A stretch of 64,000 bases of DNA from Vulgatibacter incomptus (lineage in GTDB: Bacteria > Myxococcota > Myxococcia > Myxococcales > Vulgatibacteraceae): contig NZ_CP012332.1 of the NCBI RefSeq assembly GCF_001263175.1, positions 3,614,220 to 3,678,219 of the forward strand, in the 5' to 3' direction. The notes beneath the pieces are model-generated. The model worked only from the letters and a program-made list of their open reading frames with translations. It did no database searches and was not told the origin of the DNA. Both the position numbers and the translations under genes were made by a program. Each line of letters starts with the position of its first letter. Positions within the stretch are counted from its first letter, which is position 1. Below are positions 19,730 through 29,669 of this stretch, piece by piece.

Positions 19730-20509
19730 ATGACTCTTTCTATCAGCGGGTCTCGGAATGGCGTCCTCGCGAACAAGGTGGCCCTCGTCCTCGGAGCGAG
19801 CCGCGGCATCGGAGCCGCCACGGCGCGAGCGCTTGGCCGCGCGGGTGCCGACGTGGTCGTGGCAGCACGTGATGCCGTCGCGCTCGAGGCGGTTGCGTCG
19901 AGCATCCGAGAGGAGGGCGCTAGAGCCATGGCCATCCCGACGGACATCCTCGACGACACTCAGGTTGCCCGCGTCGTCGCGCGGACGGTCGAAGCCTTCG
20001 GTGGACTCGACGTCGCCTTCAACAACGCTGGCTCGGGTCATCTACCCGCCCCGTTGGCCGACCTCACCGTGCAAGACTTCGACGACGCCATCGGGATCAA
20101 CCTGCGCGGCATCCTCGTCGCGATGAAGTTCGAGCTCGGCGCAATGCTCGCTCGCGGCGGCGGGTCGATCGTCAACATGTCCTCGACCGCCGGTCTTCAG
20201 GGCGTCCGAGGCATGAGCGCCTACTCCGCCACCAAACACGCGATCATCGGAGCGACGAAGAGCGCGGCGCTCGACTATGCCGCGAAGAACATTCGACTGA
20301 ACGTCGTCGCGCCTGGGCCCATTCTGACGGATCGACTGCGCGCCTTGCCGGTCGAGCGCCGTGCCCCTATCGAACGCGCCGTACCCATGGGTCGTGTCGG
20401 CCTCGTCGAAGAAGTCGCGAGCACGGTCGTCTACCTCGCTTCCGACGCCGCCGCCTTCGTGACCGGCGCGGTGCTCCCGGTCGACGGCGGTCGCGCCGCC
20501 GGCGCTTGA
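19730..20509 (+). CDS. SDR-family oxidoreductase
   Basis: The RBS 'ggaggttgacgATG' is strong. It has 'VALVLGASRGIGAATARAL', 'NNAG' and an 'YSATKHA' catalytic Y-x3-K. Confidence 0.85.
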   Translation: MTLSISGSRNGVLANKVALVLGASRGIGAATARALGRAGADVVVAARDAVALEAVASSIREEGARAMAIPTDILDDTQVARVVARTVEAFGGLDVAFNNAGSGHLPAPLADLTVQDFDDAIGINLRGILVAMKFELGAMLARGGGSIVNMSSTAGLQGVRGMSAYSATKHAIIGATKSAALDYAAKNIRLNVVAPGPILTDRLRALPVERRAPIERAVPMGRVGLVEEVASTVVYLASDAAAFVTGAVLPVDGGRAAGA

Positions 20510-20625
20510 GGGGTGGAGGGTGACGTCCGTCGCGGCATAGCGTGCGCTGACGAAGAACTAGCCAGCCGCAACGGGCGCGCCTCACCAACAAGGAACGGAG
20601 TAGAGTCCCTCGCAGAAGGAGTTAC

Positions 20626-21420
20626 ATGACGACCTGGAGCAGCGCCGTCTGCAAAGCGAGCGGTATCGACATCCACTACCTCCGAACCGGAGGCGCCAAG
20701 CCTCCTGTCGTCATGCTTCACGGCTTGATGGGTAGCGGCGCCTGCTGGACTCCCGTGGCGCGCGCACTCGAGGGTGAGTTCGATGTCGTCATGCCCGATG
20801 CCAGAGGACACGGCGATTCGAGCGCGCCGAATCTGGGTTATCGATACGGCGATCTCGCGAGCGACGTCGTGGACCTGATCCGCGGGCTGGAGCTCTCGTA
20901 TCCGGTCCTAGTCGGCCACTCCATGGGCGGCATGACCGCTGCCGTTGCGGCGAGTCGGGGAGAGGGGCAGCTCCGCGCCCTCGTCCTGGTCGACCCGACG
21001 TTCTTGAGCCCCGAGCGCCAACGCGAGGTCCATGCGAGCGACGTCGCCGAACAACACCGCCAAGCCCTCGGATTCCAGAAGTCTGAGCTCGTCGCGCAGG
21101 CGCGGGCCCGGAGCCCGCGGCGTTCGCCCGAGCTCATCGAGCTCCAAGCCGAGGCCAGACTAAAAACCTGCCTGAGCGCCTTCGACGTGCTCACGCCGCC
21201 AAACCCCGACTATCGCGAGGTAGTGCGCGCGATCGACGTCCCGACCCTGCTCGTCATCGGCGACAGCCCCGTCGTCACGCTCGAGATGGCAACGGAGCTG
21301 TGCGGCATCAACCCATGCGTACGCATCGAGCAGGTGCGAGACGCCGGCCACGGCCTTCCGTTCGATCAGCCCGAGCGCCTCGGTGAGCTGCTCGCGTCGT
21401 TCTTGGCTGACCTGACGTAG
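20626..21420 (+). CDS. Alpha/beta-hydrolase fold protein
   Basis: 'VVMLHGLMGSGACW' and a 'GHSMGG' nucleophile elbow. Confidence 0.8.
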   Translation: MTTWSSAVCKASGIDIHYLRTGGAKPPVVMLHGLMGSGACWTPVARALEGEFDVVMPDARGHGDSSAPNLGYRYGDLASDVVDLIRGLELSYPVLVGHSMGGMTAAVAASRGEGQLRALVLVDPTFLSPERQREVHASDVAEQHRQALGFQKSELVAQARARSPRRSPELIELQAEARLKTCLSAFDVLTPPNPDYREVVRAIDVPTLLVIGDSPVVTLEMATELCGINPCVRIEQVRDAGHGLPFDQPERLGELLASFLADLT

Positions 21421-21632
21421 GCACTGTCCCCGTCTTCGCTCTATGGGATGCTCAAGGACAGATTCGGAGTGACTTGGGTGCTCGACGTCACTATCCCCTA
21501 CAAGGACTCCTGAACCGCAAAGCTCCTTCAACAGGAGGCAGACATGCCGCGCCCGCTCGCGTACAGCCTGATCAGCGCCCCTTCGTCTTTCTCACGAGCA
21601 TCGTCACTCATCCTCGTGAAAGTGCGGCAGCG

Positions 21633-22199
21633 ATGACGGACGGTGCACTCACGTTTGCGTCGCCCCGCGAGTTGGAGACGTGGCTCGAGGCGAACCACGA
21701 CAAGGAGCGCGAGCTCTGGGTGCGCATCTTCAAGAAAGACACGGGAACGCCGTCGGTGACTTGGCAGGACTGCGTCGTCGCCTGCCTCGCGTGGGGATGG
21801 ATCGACGGTGCGAAGCGGTCGCTCGACGAGATATCGTTCCTACAGCGAATCACGCCGCGTCGTTCGAAGTCGAGCTGGTCAAAGAAGAACTGGGAGCACG
21901 CCGAGCGCCTCATCGCCGAGGGCCGAATGCAGCCCTCAGGCTTGGTCCACGTCGAGGCTGCCCGCGCCGATGGGCGCTGGGAGCAGGCCTACGCGGGCTC
22001 GGCCGAGATCGAGCTACCCGACGACTTCCTTCGCGCGCTCGACGAGAGCCCCGCCGCCAAGAAGTTCTTCGCGACGCTCAAGCGCCAGGAGGTCTACAGC
22101 ATTTACCATCGCCTCCAGACCGCGAAGCGCCCCGAGACGCGCGCGAAGCGAATGGCGGCGATCCTCGCGACGCTGGCCGAGGGGCAGTCCCTTCCCTGA
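21633..22199 (+). CDS. YdeI/OmpD-associated family protein (DUF1801-like)
   Basis: 'WLEANHDKERELWVRIFKKDTGTPSVTWQDCVVACLAWGWIDGAKRSLDE...RITPRRSKSSWS' matches the YdeI bacteriocin-protection family architecture. Confidence 0.65.
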   Translation: MTDGALTFASPRELETWLEANHDKERELWVRIFKKDTGTPSVTWQDCVVACLAWGWIDGAKRSLDEISFLQRITPRRSKSSWSKKNWEHAERLIAEGRMQPSGLVHVEAARADGRWEQAYAGSAEIELPDDFLRALDESPAAKKFFATLKRQEVYSIYHRLQTAKRPETRAKRMAAILATLAEGQSLP

Positions 22200-22257
22200 C
22201 GATCGAAGAGTGAGGAACGTCGCGCTCCGGCAACAACGAGCAAATCGACCGTAAGAC

Positions 22258-22400
22258 TTACACAGCGAGTGCGCGCACCGGAGCGCGAGCTCCGCGGGAC
22301 ACCGTGGGTTGTGAAAGCTGCGGGCGCTCGGCCAGCTCGCCCGCCGTGAGCGGGCCGTGCAGGCGGATCCTCAGCAGCAGCGACACTCTTCGTGACGAGT
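22258..22400 (-). pseudogene. About 100-bp fragment of a MarR-type HTH gene (homologous to nt 39020-39125 of the HTH-GNAT gene)
   Basis: The minus-strand translation '...LLLRIRLHGPLTAGELAERPQLSQPTVSRGA' compares with 'LLMTIRLHGPITVGELAERLQLAQPTVSRAL' at 39.1 kb. The DNA is also similar. There is no full ORF. Confidence 0.4.
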
Positions 22401-22512
22401 CGTCTCTCGCGGGAGACGTGCGAGCGCGCGGCTCCGGGACCAAAGGTTCCAGGGGCCGTCGTCCTACTGCGCGAGTCGAGGGCGCGAAACGGAGAACGCC
22501 GGCCTGGTTAGA

Positions 22513-23748
22513 ATGGAGAGAATGCGACCCGGACCAACGAAGAACGACAAGCGATCCCTCCCGCCCGGCGGCACCCCTGACCTCCAGGACGCCACTTCGG
22601 ATCCTCGCGGCAAGGCCAGGAGCGCGCGCTCCGACAGGCCCAAACGTCGGAGGCGCAGGGTGCGCCTGCCAGGCCCGACCTTCCCCGGGTCCCCCGCTGG
22701 GATCGAGAGCACGCCGCTCGTCGACGTACCCCCTGAGCCAGGTGCCGTCTCGATCAGCTGCGTCGACTATGGGCCCGACCGCGCGAGCGCCTTCGACGTT
22801 CCGGACCTGGAGGCCTTCCTCTCGCGGCCCAGGCCCGAGTGGTCGGCGGTGCGGTGGGTGAACGTGGCTGGCCTCCATCCCCAGGTCATCAACCGATTTC
22901 GCCAAGCCTACGGCTTCCACACGCTCGCGGCCGAGGACGCACTGAAGGTCCCGCAACGCCCCAGGGTCGAGCCATATCCCGACTTTCAGTTCATCGTCGC
23001 CAGCATGTTCCGGCAGGTGGACGGCAAGTTCACCTCGGGTCAGGTCAGCGTCTTCTTCTATGGGAACATGCTCCTCACCTTCCAGGAGGAACCGGACGGC
23101 GCCGAGGCGTGGTCGACGATCCGGCAGCGTATCCAAGCATCAGGCTCCACCCTGCGACAGGGTGACGCCGGCTTTCTCCTCTATTCGATCCTCGACGCCC
23201 TGATCGATCACATCTTCCCGGTGGTCGAGCACTACGGTGACCTCTTGGAGACGCTGGAGGATCGGATCATCGAAGAGCCAACCACCGCACTCTCGGGGGA
23301 GCTCCACTCCGTCAGGCGAAAGCTGCTGGAGCTTCGGCGGATGATCTGGCCGATTCGGTTGATGATCCACGACCTGCAATCCAGCGATTCCCCGAACCTC
23401 TCGTCGACGGTGCGCACCTATCTTCGGGATGTGCACGAGCACTCGGTCCAGCTGATCGACGTGATCGAGACCTACCGTGACATGGCCTCCGGCATGATCG
23501 AGCTCTACCTGTCCGCAGTCTCGTACCGGATGAACGAAGTGATGAAGGTCCTCACAATCATCGCCACGATCTTCATCCCGATCACCTTCCTCGCGGGCGT
23601 GTTTGGCATGAACTTCAAGGTGATGCCCGAGCTGAACTGGGAGTGGGGCTACGCGCTCTTCTGGCTGATCTGCATCGTCACCGTCGTCGGGCTGATCCGG
23701 TTTTTCCGCCGCAAGGGCTGGATCGGGGAGGGCCAGGTGTCGAAGTAG
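22513..23748 (+). CDS. corA: CorA-family magnesium/cobalt transporter (with an Arg/Pro-rich N-terminal extension)
   Basis: The C-terminus reads 'IIATIFIPITFLAGVFGMNFKVMPELNWEWGYALFWLICIVTVVGLIRFFRRKGWI', which includes the GMN motif and two TM helices. The start codon is uncertain. Confidence 0.75.
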   Translation: MERMRPGPTKNDKRSLPPGGTPDLQDATSDPRGKARSARSDRPKRRRRRVRLPGPTFPGSPAGIESTPLVDVPPEPGAVSISCVDYGPDRASAFDVPDLEAFLSRPRPEWSAVRWVNVAGLHPQVINRFRQAYGFHTLAAEDALKVPQRPRVEPYPDFQFIVASMFRQVDGKFTSGQVSVFFYGNMLLTFQEEPDGAEAWSTIRQRIQASGSTLRQGDAGFLLYSILDALIDHIFPVVEHYGDLLETLEDRIIEEPTTALSGELHSVRRKLLELRRMIWPIRLMIHDLQSSDSPNLSSTVRTYLRDVHEHSVQLIDVIETYRDMASGMIELYLSAVSYRMNEVMKVLTIIATIFIPITFLAGVFGMNFKVMPELNWEWGYALFWLICIVTVVGLIRFFRRKGWIGEGQVSK

Positions 23749-24084
23749 CTGCGCTCGACACGACCGGGGAGCAGCTCCATACGATCGGTCCCTCCACATC
23801 CGTCGGCGCTCGAGCTCGGCGTCGCTCGGCCGGCATCACGGCGGTATTCTGGCGGCGTGTCCTGCGATCGCTGGTGGCACCAGCGGACGACAAGACCGTC
23901 TTCCTCGAACCGCGAGTGCCGCAGATCGTCGGCACCCGCTTGCTTGCCGGGAGCCCCGATGCAGCTCGGACTCGACCTCGCGCACCCCGGGACCACCGAA
24001 GATCAGCTCTCTTGCAGTGGCTTTGGATCGACGGCCGTCTTACGACTCGATGGATCGCTGGATTTCCATATGATGTTCGCCGCT

Positions 24085-24250
24085 AGGTCCACGAACGCGC
24101 CGCCCTGCTCGCTTCTTCGGCTGGGAGAGGAGCGAACGAAGGAGAGCTGCTTTTTCGTGGATGAAGTGCGCGCGGAGGCTCGCCGGTTCCCCTTGCCAGG
24201 GAGATTGCCGCCTGCTCGCTCCTCGGGGCGCCTGCGCACGCGCTGGCAGT
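24085..24250 (+). repeat. Copy A of a roughly 150-bp non-coding repeat (about 85% identical to 30275-30440)
   Basis: Manual alignment of the conserved core: gccctgctcgct(t)cttcggctgggag.g.agcgaacga.ggag.gtgcttt..gtggatgaagtgcgcgcggagg.tcg.cggtt.c...gccaggg...ttg.cgcctgctcgctcc.cgggg.gcctgcg.acgcgc. Confidence 0.5.
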
Positions 24251-24339
24251 AGGTCCGATGAGGGAGTTCCTGCGTGGGTAAGGGCCGAAGTGGGCTTGAT
24301 CCGCCCTCGTGGACCTCCTGTGGGAGGGTGCGGTGAGTG

Positions 24340-27300
24340 TCACGGGTGCCGTGCAACCACCGCGGAGTCGAGCAGCACGAAGAGATCGGAGAGATCCTGT
24401 CGAGCCTGCGCGGGCGCCGAGCCGAACACGACGGCGACGTAGCGGAGGAGTTTTCCGCCGACCGTACGTTCGATGATCGCGCAGTCGTGACTGAAGCTGT
24501 CGTCGCCGAAGCCGATCTTCGAGGCGAGCGTGTCCGGCGCTCGCCCCACAGCGGTGAGGGCGGTTCGTGCGTAACTGCCGATGCCACCACCCATCTGATT
24601 CATGAGCGCACGCATCTCGGTCGACGAGGAGCTACTCAGGAGCTTCCCATTCGCCATCGCGGTAAGAAGTCGCGACACCTGCAACGCGTTGCCGACGAAG
24701 TTGCTCTTGCTGCGCCCTTGCGCCGTGGCCCACCGAGGTGTGAGGGCGATCCCCGCTGCGTTCGAGGCCTTCTCCGCTGCGTTCCTTACCCAGTCGTGAC
24801 CGTCGTAGTCTCCGGAGATCCACAGGCCTTTGCTCGTCGCCGCATCGAAGTATCCGGACCGGGCGAGCACTCCGTTGAGATAGAAGTAGCCAAGCGCGAG
24901 GATGCAATTGCTCGCTGCTTGATTGTTCGACCAGCGCATCATCGTGCGCATCCATTCGTGGAACAGGCCGGTCGGAGCTCCGTTCTCGCCGACGGCATCG
25001 ATGCTCGCGTCGGAGACCATGGGTGAGGTGATTGAGAAGTCGACCACTCCCGTCGGAGAGACCGTGAAGATCCGGTCGAATTTGGGAACGGTCACGTCCT
25101 GGTTGTTCCCAAAGCTCGTCGTCGACTTCGTGGGGAACATCGCCTTGAGCTTCGGTCGCCACGCGTTCTCGATGACCCCGAAGATCGCGGGCGCCGCGAA
25201 GGGCTCACCGTTCGCCTTCGCCGCATCGACGAACGCCTGCACTCGTTCTCGCAGCGCGAACGCCGCGTACATCACGCAGAGTTTCATGAGACTGCCGACG
25301 AAGACCATCTCCTCCTCGTGAAGGCCGGCGAACGCCGCGCTCGCCGGAGCGCCTGTGACGTCGGCCAGTCCCGCGCAGAGATGGTTCGCCGTGCTGACGG
25401 TGACAGGCGCGAACGCCGTGGTCATCGAAGGGTCGTTGCGCACGAGATTGACGACCCCAGGGGGAGGGAACGGATCGATCGCGTCGGCCCACGCCGGAAC
25501 GGGGACCGGTGCCGCGCCGCCGCCCATCGCGGCGCCACCACCACCACCACCTCCTCCCCCGCCATCGGCCGCGCCGCCCTTGAGGGCCGTCTTGACCAGG
25601 TCGCCCGCGGGCATGCCGAGCGGACCGTAGAGGGCCTTGTTGAACGCCGCGGCGCCGTCACCCCCAATCGCGCCCGCTATCGGCGCCGACGTCCCCGCCC
25701 CGCTCTCCCCGCCTCCGCTCCCGCCGCCGCCGCCGCCGATCGGAACGCTGCCGTCGGCCCCCGCGGCAGCGCTCGCCGCAGCCGCGTCGCGTTTTTCGCC
25801 GTGTGCGACCCGCGCGGCTTCCGCAGTGACGCTCTGATTGGCGCCCCCGCTCGACGGCGCACCGAGCGCCGCCTTCACGATGTCCGCCGCGATCTGACCC
25901 ATCGCTACCGACTTCTGCATCTCGGCGCGCATGTTCGAGCTCGCGACCTCGGCGGCCGCAGTCGCAGCGTCGATCGTGCCCTGCGCCACTTGACCCGCGA
26001 GATTCTGCGTGCCGGCCAAGCCGCTCATGTCGCGGAACATGTTTCCGTTCGACACGGCCGTGAGCACCGCTCCGAGCCCGGCCGGATCGGGCAACGACGT
26101 CGGCGTGACGATGTTGAGCACGGGCTGACCGAGCTGTCCCGGTCGGAGGTCCTCCGAGGTGGCGCGCGAGCCGGTCGAGACCGGCGCGATCTCTGGCAGT
26201 GTGAGCGGGATCGGAGAGTCCTGCCAGTTCCAGAAGCGCGTGTACTCGAGCTTCTCGGCGCTGTTGGATCGACCCAGCACCGCCTCGGCGAACACTCCAT
26301 TCGTGGGAATGGGGATGACGCGCGAATCCGGCTCGACTCCAAAGTCGAAGCCTCGGTTCTTCAACAGGTCGCTCCACGTCGCCTGGCGCCCGTCTTCCGT
26401 CACCCCCGAAGGCTCATCGGGATCGACGGGGGCGCGCAGGACGAGGAAGTTGCCGGCCACAGTGAGCACCTTGGGCTCGACCTGATCGATCACGGGGCGA
26501 CCGTTCCAAGTGAATTCGCTGAGCAGGAGCACGAGCGTCGCACTGTCGAGGGACCGGGCGATGGCCTGCGCATAATGCGCGTTGTTGGCCTGCAGATGGG
26601 CCAAGAGCTCGCGTCTACGATCAGCCTGGTCGGTGCGGAACTTCGCGACCTGAGTGACGGCCGTGCCGAGCTCCACTGGCACGGAGGGCAGCGTGAAACG
26701 GCGGCCGAGATAGGCGCACAACAAGGTCATCTGGCCCGATCCCTGACTCCCTTCGCTACGCGACGCGTAGATCCCATCGAGCTCACCCATGCGCACGCCC
26801 GCTGGGAGATCGACGCGGCCATTCACGACCGTGAGATCGACGTCCGCGGCAGCCGAGTCGACGCGATCGAGGCGCAGATTGGTCACCGTGACGCCCTCGA
26901 AGCTGATCGCGAGGAGCTCGGTTTCATCCGGCACGAACAACGAGTCGGAGCCGGGTCGCACGATAGGGCGCGCGACGAAGCGCGAAGCGCTGGCGAGCTC
27001 GGCTCGGTCCCAGGCACGCACACGAATCCCTACAGTTTCGGGCGGGACCTCGGTAGCCGTGGCAGGCGCGACCGTCGCCGCGGCCGTCGGCTCGCTCTTC
27101 GCGATCATGCTTGCACGAAGAACGGCACTCATCTTCACCAGATCGGGACGTCCAGAGGGCACGACGATGCGCGAGCTCGTTGCGCTGATTTCGACGGCAG
27201 ACGTGTCGTCGAGCAAGAGCTCGAGCGCGCGGCGGTTCAGCGCCGCGCGCCCGAGAGCACCGCGGAAGCGCTCGACGTATTGCGCACCCAAGGGGCCGGC

Positions 27301-28611
27301 GAAGTCGAGGCGCTCCATCGGAATGAAGAGACAGCGCTCGGCTCGATGCAAGCGCGTCGCCACCCGATACACCTGAACGATCTCGTAGTATTGAATCGTC
27401 AGCGCGTGCATGTGGTTGTAGTTCGCCACGATGCGGGTGCTGACCTGCTCGTGTTCGCTCTGTGAGACCTCGCGCACCGCGGTCGCGCGGCGATTGCGGA
27501 CCGACGTGCTGTGCTGCTCCGTGCGGTCGTTGATGTTCTGCTGCATGGAAGCCGCCACCGAGCGATTGCCCACCGACCACGAGGAGGAGCTCGCCGTCGT
27601 GTCCGTCGTGGCCCCCTGCAACGACCCCGAGGCGTCCCCGCTCGCCCAGAGACTGGTCAGAAAGCCCGTTCCGACGGAAGCTTGCGCGCTGTAGCTCGTG
27701 GAATCCGCATGGGAGGAGGAGGTCGATCCGCCTTCTTGCATTTCGCTCGCTACAGCGTCCTGGACTTCGCTGAGCGCACGCGTGTGAAGCGCCGCGGAGG
27801 CGAGCTCCTCGGTCTCGCTGATGGTTTCCGACGATGTCGCGCTCGTTCGACGAGCCCAGTCGACGATCGCGATGCGGGTCGCCTCTCCTGGAGCGAGGGC
27901 GAGCGAATGCAGGAGGTGACCGAACGTGATTCCCTGCGCGTACCACGACTGTGAGTACGTCATCAGCGCGCCGATGGCGGGCTTCGTGAAGCCGTTCCGA
28001 TCGGCGAGCACCGCGTCGAGCGAGACGCCACCGTCGAGTGGCCTCGTTCCCTGCCCCGTCGTCTCGTTCATCTGCAGCATGACGAGTGTCGTGTAGTAGA
28101 CGCGCTCCGTCGGAAACTCGCCAAAGGTCGGGCGCAGCTTCTCGGTCAGGATCGCGTCCCGGTCGTCCATGCTGCCGCCAATTGAGCCGCTCACGAGTCG
28201 CTTGGCGAATAGATAGGGAGGCCACTGCGCGAAGTCGCGAAGGGTCGTGACGTTCAACGCCTGGCTGATCGCCGCGGCTTGAGCCGGGTCGAGCATGCGG
28301 AGCGCAGCGAGAGGCAGCGTGCCCATCGCCTCCACCGACTCGATCGCGATCGCATCGTCCAACAGGTCGCCGGGCGCCATTCCGTACTGGGCGGCAGCCC
28401 CCATCTCGTCCTTCGCGAACGCGGCGACGCGCGCGGCGGCGAAGAGCCGCGAGCAGCCGAGATCGAAGATCGTCTTGATGCCGAGAGGTGCCAAAGCCGT
28501 GGCGGCATCCGGCGACACGGAAAGCAGTTCGGTGAAAGGCTGTTTGAGCAACTCGGACGCATCGAGATGCGCGCTCGTCGAGCGCACGAATTCGCCAGTA
28601 CCGTTCATCGC
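24340..28611 (-). CDS. Giant multidomain protein (about 1420-1449 aa). It has an N-terminal roughly 1050-aa region of unknown function with a Ser/Thr-rich alternating segment, then a poly-Gly linker, then a C-terminal serine-hydrolase domain of the beta-lactamase/transpeptidase superfamily.
   Basis: The ORF is continuous, with no signal peptide. The Gly-rich linkers are 'GGGGGSGGGESGAG' and 'GGGGGGGGGGAAMGGG'. The C-terminal domain has 'GSLMKL' (SxxK), a downstream 'YLN' (YxN) and 'KIGFG' (KxG), spaced like class C/PF00144 enzymes. An alternative start is at 28689. Confidence 0.7.
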   Translation of the reverse strand, partial: AMNGTGEFVRSTSAHLDASELLKQPFTELLSVSPDAATALAPLGIKTIFDLGCSRLFAAARVAAFAKDEMGAAAQYGMAPGDLLDDAIAIESVEAMGTLPLAALRMLDPAQAAAISQALNVTTLRDFAQWPPYLFAKRLVSGSIGGSMDDRDAILTEKLRPTFGEFPTERVYYTTLVMLQMNETTGQGTRPLDGGVSLDAVLADRNGFTKPAIGALMTYSQSWYAQGITFGHLLHSLALAPGEATRIAIVDWARRTSATSSETISETEELASAALHTRALSEVQDAVASEMQEGGSTSSSHADSTSYSAQASVGTGFLTSLWASGDASGSLQGATTDTTASSSSWSVGNRSVAASMQQNINDRTEQHSTSVRNRRATAVREVSQSEHEQVSTRIVANYNHMHALTIQYYEIVQVYRVATRLHRAERCLFIPMERLDFAGPLGAQYVERFRGALGRAALNRRALELLLDDTSAVEISATSSRIVVPSGRPDLVKMSAVLRASMIAKSEPTAAATVAPATATEVPPETVGIRVRAWDRAELASASRFVARPIVRPGSDSLFVPDETELLAISFEGVTVTNLRLDRVDSAAADVDLTVVNGRVDLPAGVRMGELDGIYASRSEGSQGSGQMTLLCAYLGRRFTLPSVPVELGTAVTQVAKFRTDQADRRRELLAHLQANNAHYAQAIARSLDSATLVLLLSEFTWNGRPVIDQVEPKVLTVAGNFLVLRAPVDPDEPSGVTEDGRQATWSDLLKNRGFDFGVEPDSRVIPIPTNGVFAEAVLGRSNSAEKLEYTRFWNWQDSPIPLTLPEIAPVSTGSRATSEDLRPGQLGQPVLNIVTPTSLPDPAGLGAVLTAVSNGNMFRDMSGLAGTQNLAGQVAQGTIDAATAAAEVASSNMRAEMQKSVAMGQIAADIVKAALGAPSSGGANQSVTAEAARVAHGEKRDAAAASAAAGADGSVPIGGGGGGSGGGESGAGTSAPIAGAIGGDGAAAFNKALYGPLGMPAGDLVKTALKGGAADGGGGGGGGGGAAMGGGAAPVPVPAWADAIDPFPPPGVVNLVRNDPSMTTAFAPVTVSTANHLCAGLADVTGAPASAAFAGLHEEEMVFVGSLMKLCVMYAAFALRERVQAFVDAAKANGEPFAAPAIFGVIENAWRPKLKAMFPTKSTTSFGNNQDVTVPKFDRIFTVSPTGVVDFSITSPMVSDASIDAVGENGAPTGLFHEWMRTMMRWSNNQAASNCILALGYFYLNGVLARSGYFDAATSKGLWISGDYDGHDWVRNAAEKASNAAGIALTPRWATAQGRSKSNFVGNALQVSRLLTAMANGKLLSSSSSTEMRALMNQMGGGIGSYARTALTAVGRAPDTLASKIGFGDDSFSHDCAIIERTVGGKLLRYVAVVFGSAPAQARQDLSDLFVLLDSAVVARHP

Positions 28612-28910
28612 CATCCCCCGGGCGAGTCTACCGATTCGCCGCGCATGCCAGTCAGATCGAGCTTGGCAGCGCCGCCGCATCGTACCCACGGCACGCGTCG
28701 CTCACCAAGCGACCGGCGCGTCGTGACGAGCGGGCTCGTCGAGAGCACGACGCTCGACGCTCGAGGGTGTTGGGAACGGTACAATGGCAGACGCACCCGG
28801 AACGTCGAGCTCGGACCGCCGGGTCTCGATCCGGCTGACGTCGGGGAGATCGTCCACAAGCCGATTCAGGCGGCGCTCGAGATCGAGCGCATCTTCCTCT
28901 CTGCGCGCGA

Positions 28911-29540
28911 CTACTTCGAGCTCGGAGTACGAGGCGTGGGCCGCTCGAACGCCTCTCGCGCTCGCTCGACTTGGGGCCAGATCACGCACTCCGGGATGTG
29001 GTCGTTGAGAAGCCCCATCGCCTGCATGAAGGCGTAGACGGTCGTCGGGCCCACGAACTTCCACCCGAGCTTCTTCAGCGCATCGGAGAGCGCGTTCGAC
29101 TCCTGCGAGGTCGACTGGGTCTGCGCGTGCTCTGGGCGATGTGACGTTGGCTCGTACGCCCAGACGAAGGCTGCCAACGAGCCTTCCTTCTTCACGAGCT
29201 CCTTGGCCTTCTGCGCGTTGTTGATGACGGCTTCGATCTTGCCACGATGTCGAACGATGCCTTCGTCGCCGAGGAGCCGCTCGACGTCGCGCTCGGTGAA
29301 CCGAGCGATTCGATCGAAGTCGAAGCCGTGAAACGCGCGTCGAAAAGCTTCGCGCTTTGAGAGGATCGTCCGCCAGCTCAACCCAGACTGAAAGCCCTCG
29401 AGGCTCAGCTTCTCGAAGAGCCGGCGATCGTCTGCAACGGGGAATCCCCACTCGTGGTCGTGGTACTCGAGGAACTCCGGGGCGGCCGCGCTCCATCGGC
29501 AACGCGCCAATCCGTCGGGGCCGATGAAGGTGCTGGTCAT
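28911..29540 (-). CDS. tag: DNA-3-methyladenine glycosylase I
   Basis: The hallmark 'EYHDHEWGFPV' is present, with 'LSLEGFQSGLSWRTILSKREAFRRAF' and Zn-binding Cys/His positions. Confidence 0.85.
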   Translation of the reverse strand: MTSTFIGPDGLARCRWSAAAPEFLEYHDHEWGFPVADDRRLFEKLSLEGFQSGLSWRTILSKREAFRRAFHGFDFDRIARFTERDVERLLGDEGIVRHRGKIEAVINNAQKAKELVKKEGSLAAFVWAYEPTSHRPEHAQTQSTSQESNALSDALKKLGWKFVGPTTVYAFMQAMGLLNDHIPECVIWPQVERAREAFERPTPRTPSSK

Positions 29541-29669
29541 GCAGCCCCCACGAGGAAGTACAGGTAGCGTTCGGGCAACTCGAGGTGCGGGCCTCGTCGC
29601 CAAGCTCTCCCGCTGCACCGCTCGCCTTCCTCGCGATGCTCCACCGCCTCTCGCCACTCGAGCTTTCGG

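Noticed and set aside
25318-27465. 715-aa + strand ORF, and the 433-aa minus-strand ORF 26924-28225
   Set aside because: They are shadows or alternative frames of the 1449-aa minus-strand gene. Only the 24340-28689 frame gives a non-Arg-biased protein with recognisable catalytic motifs.
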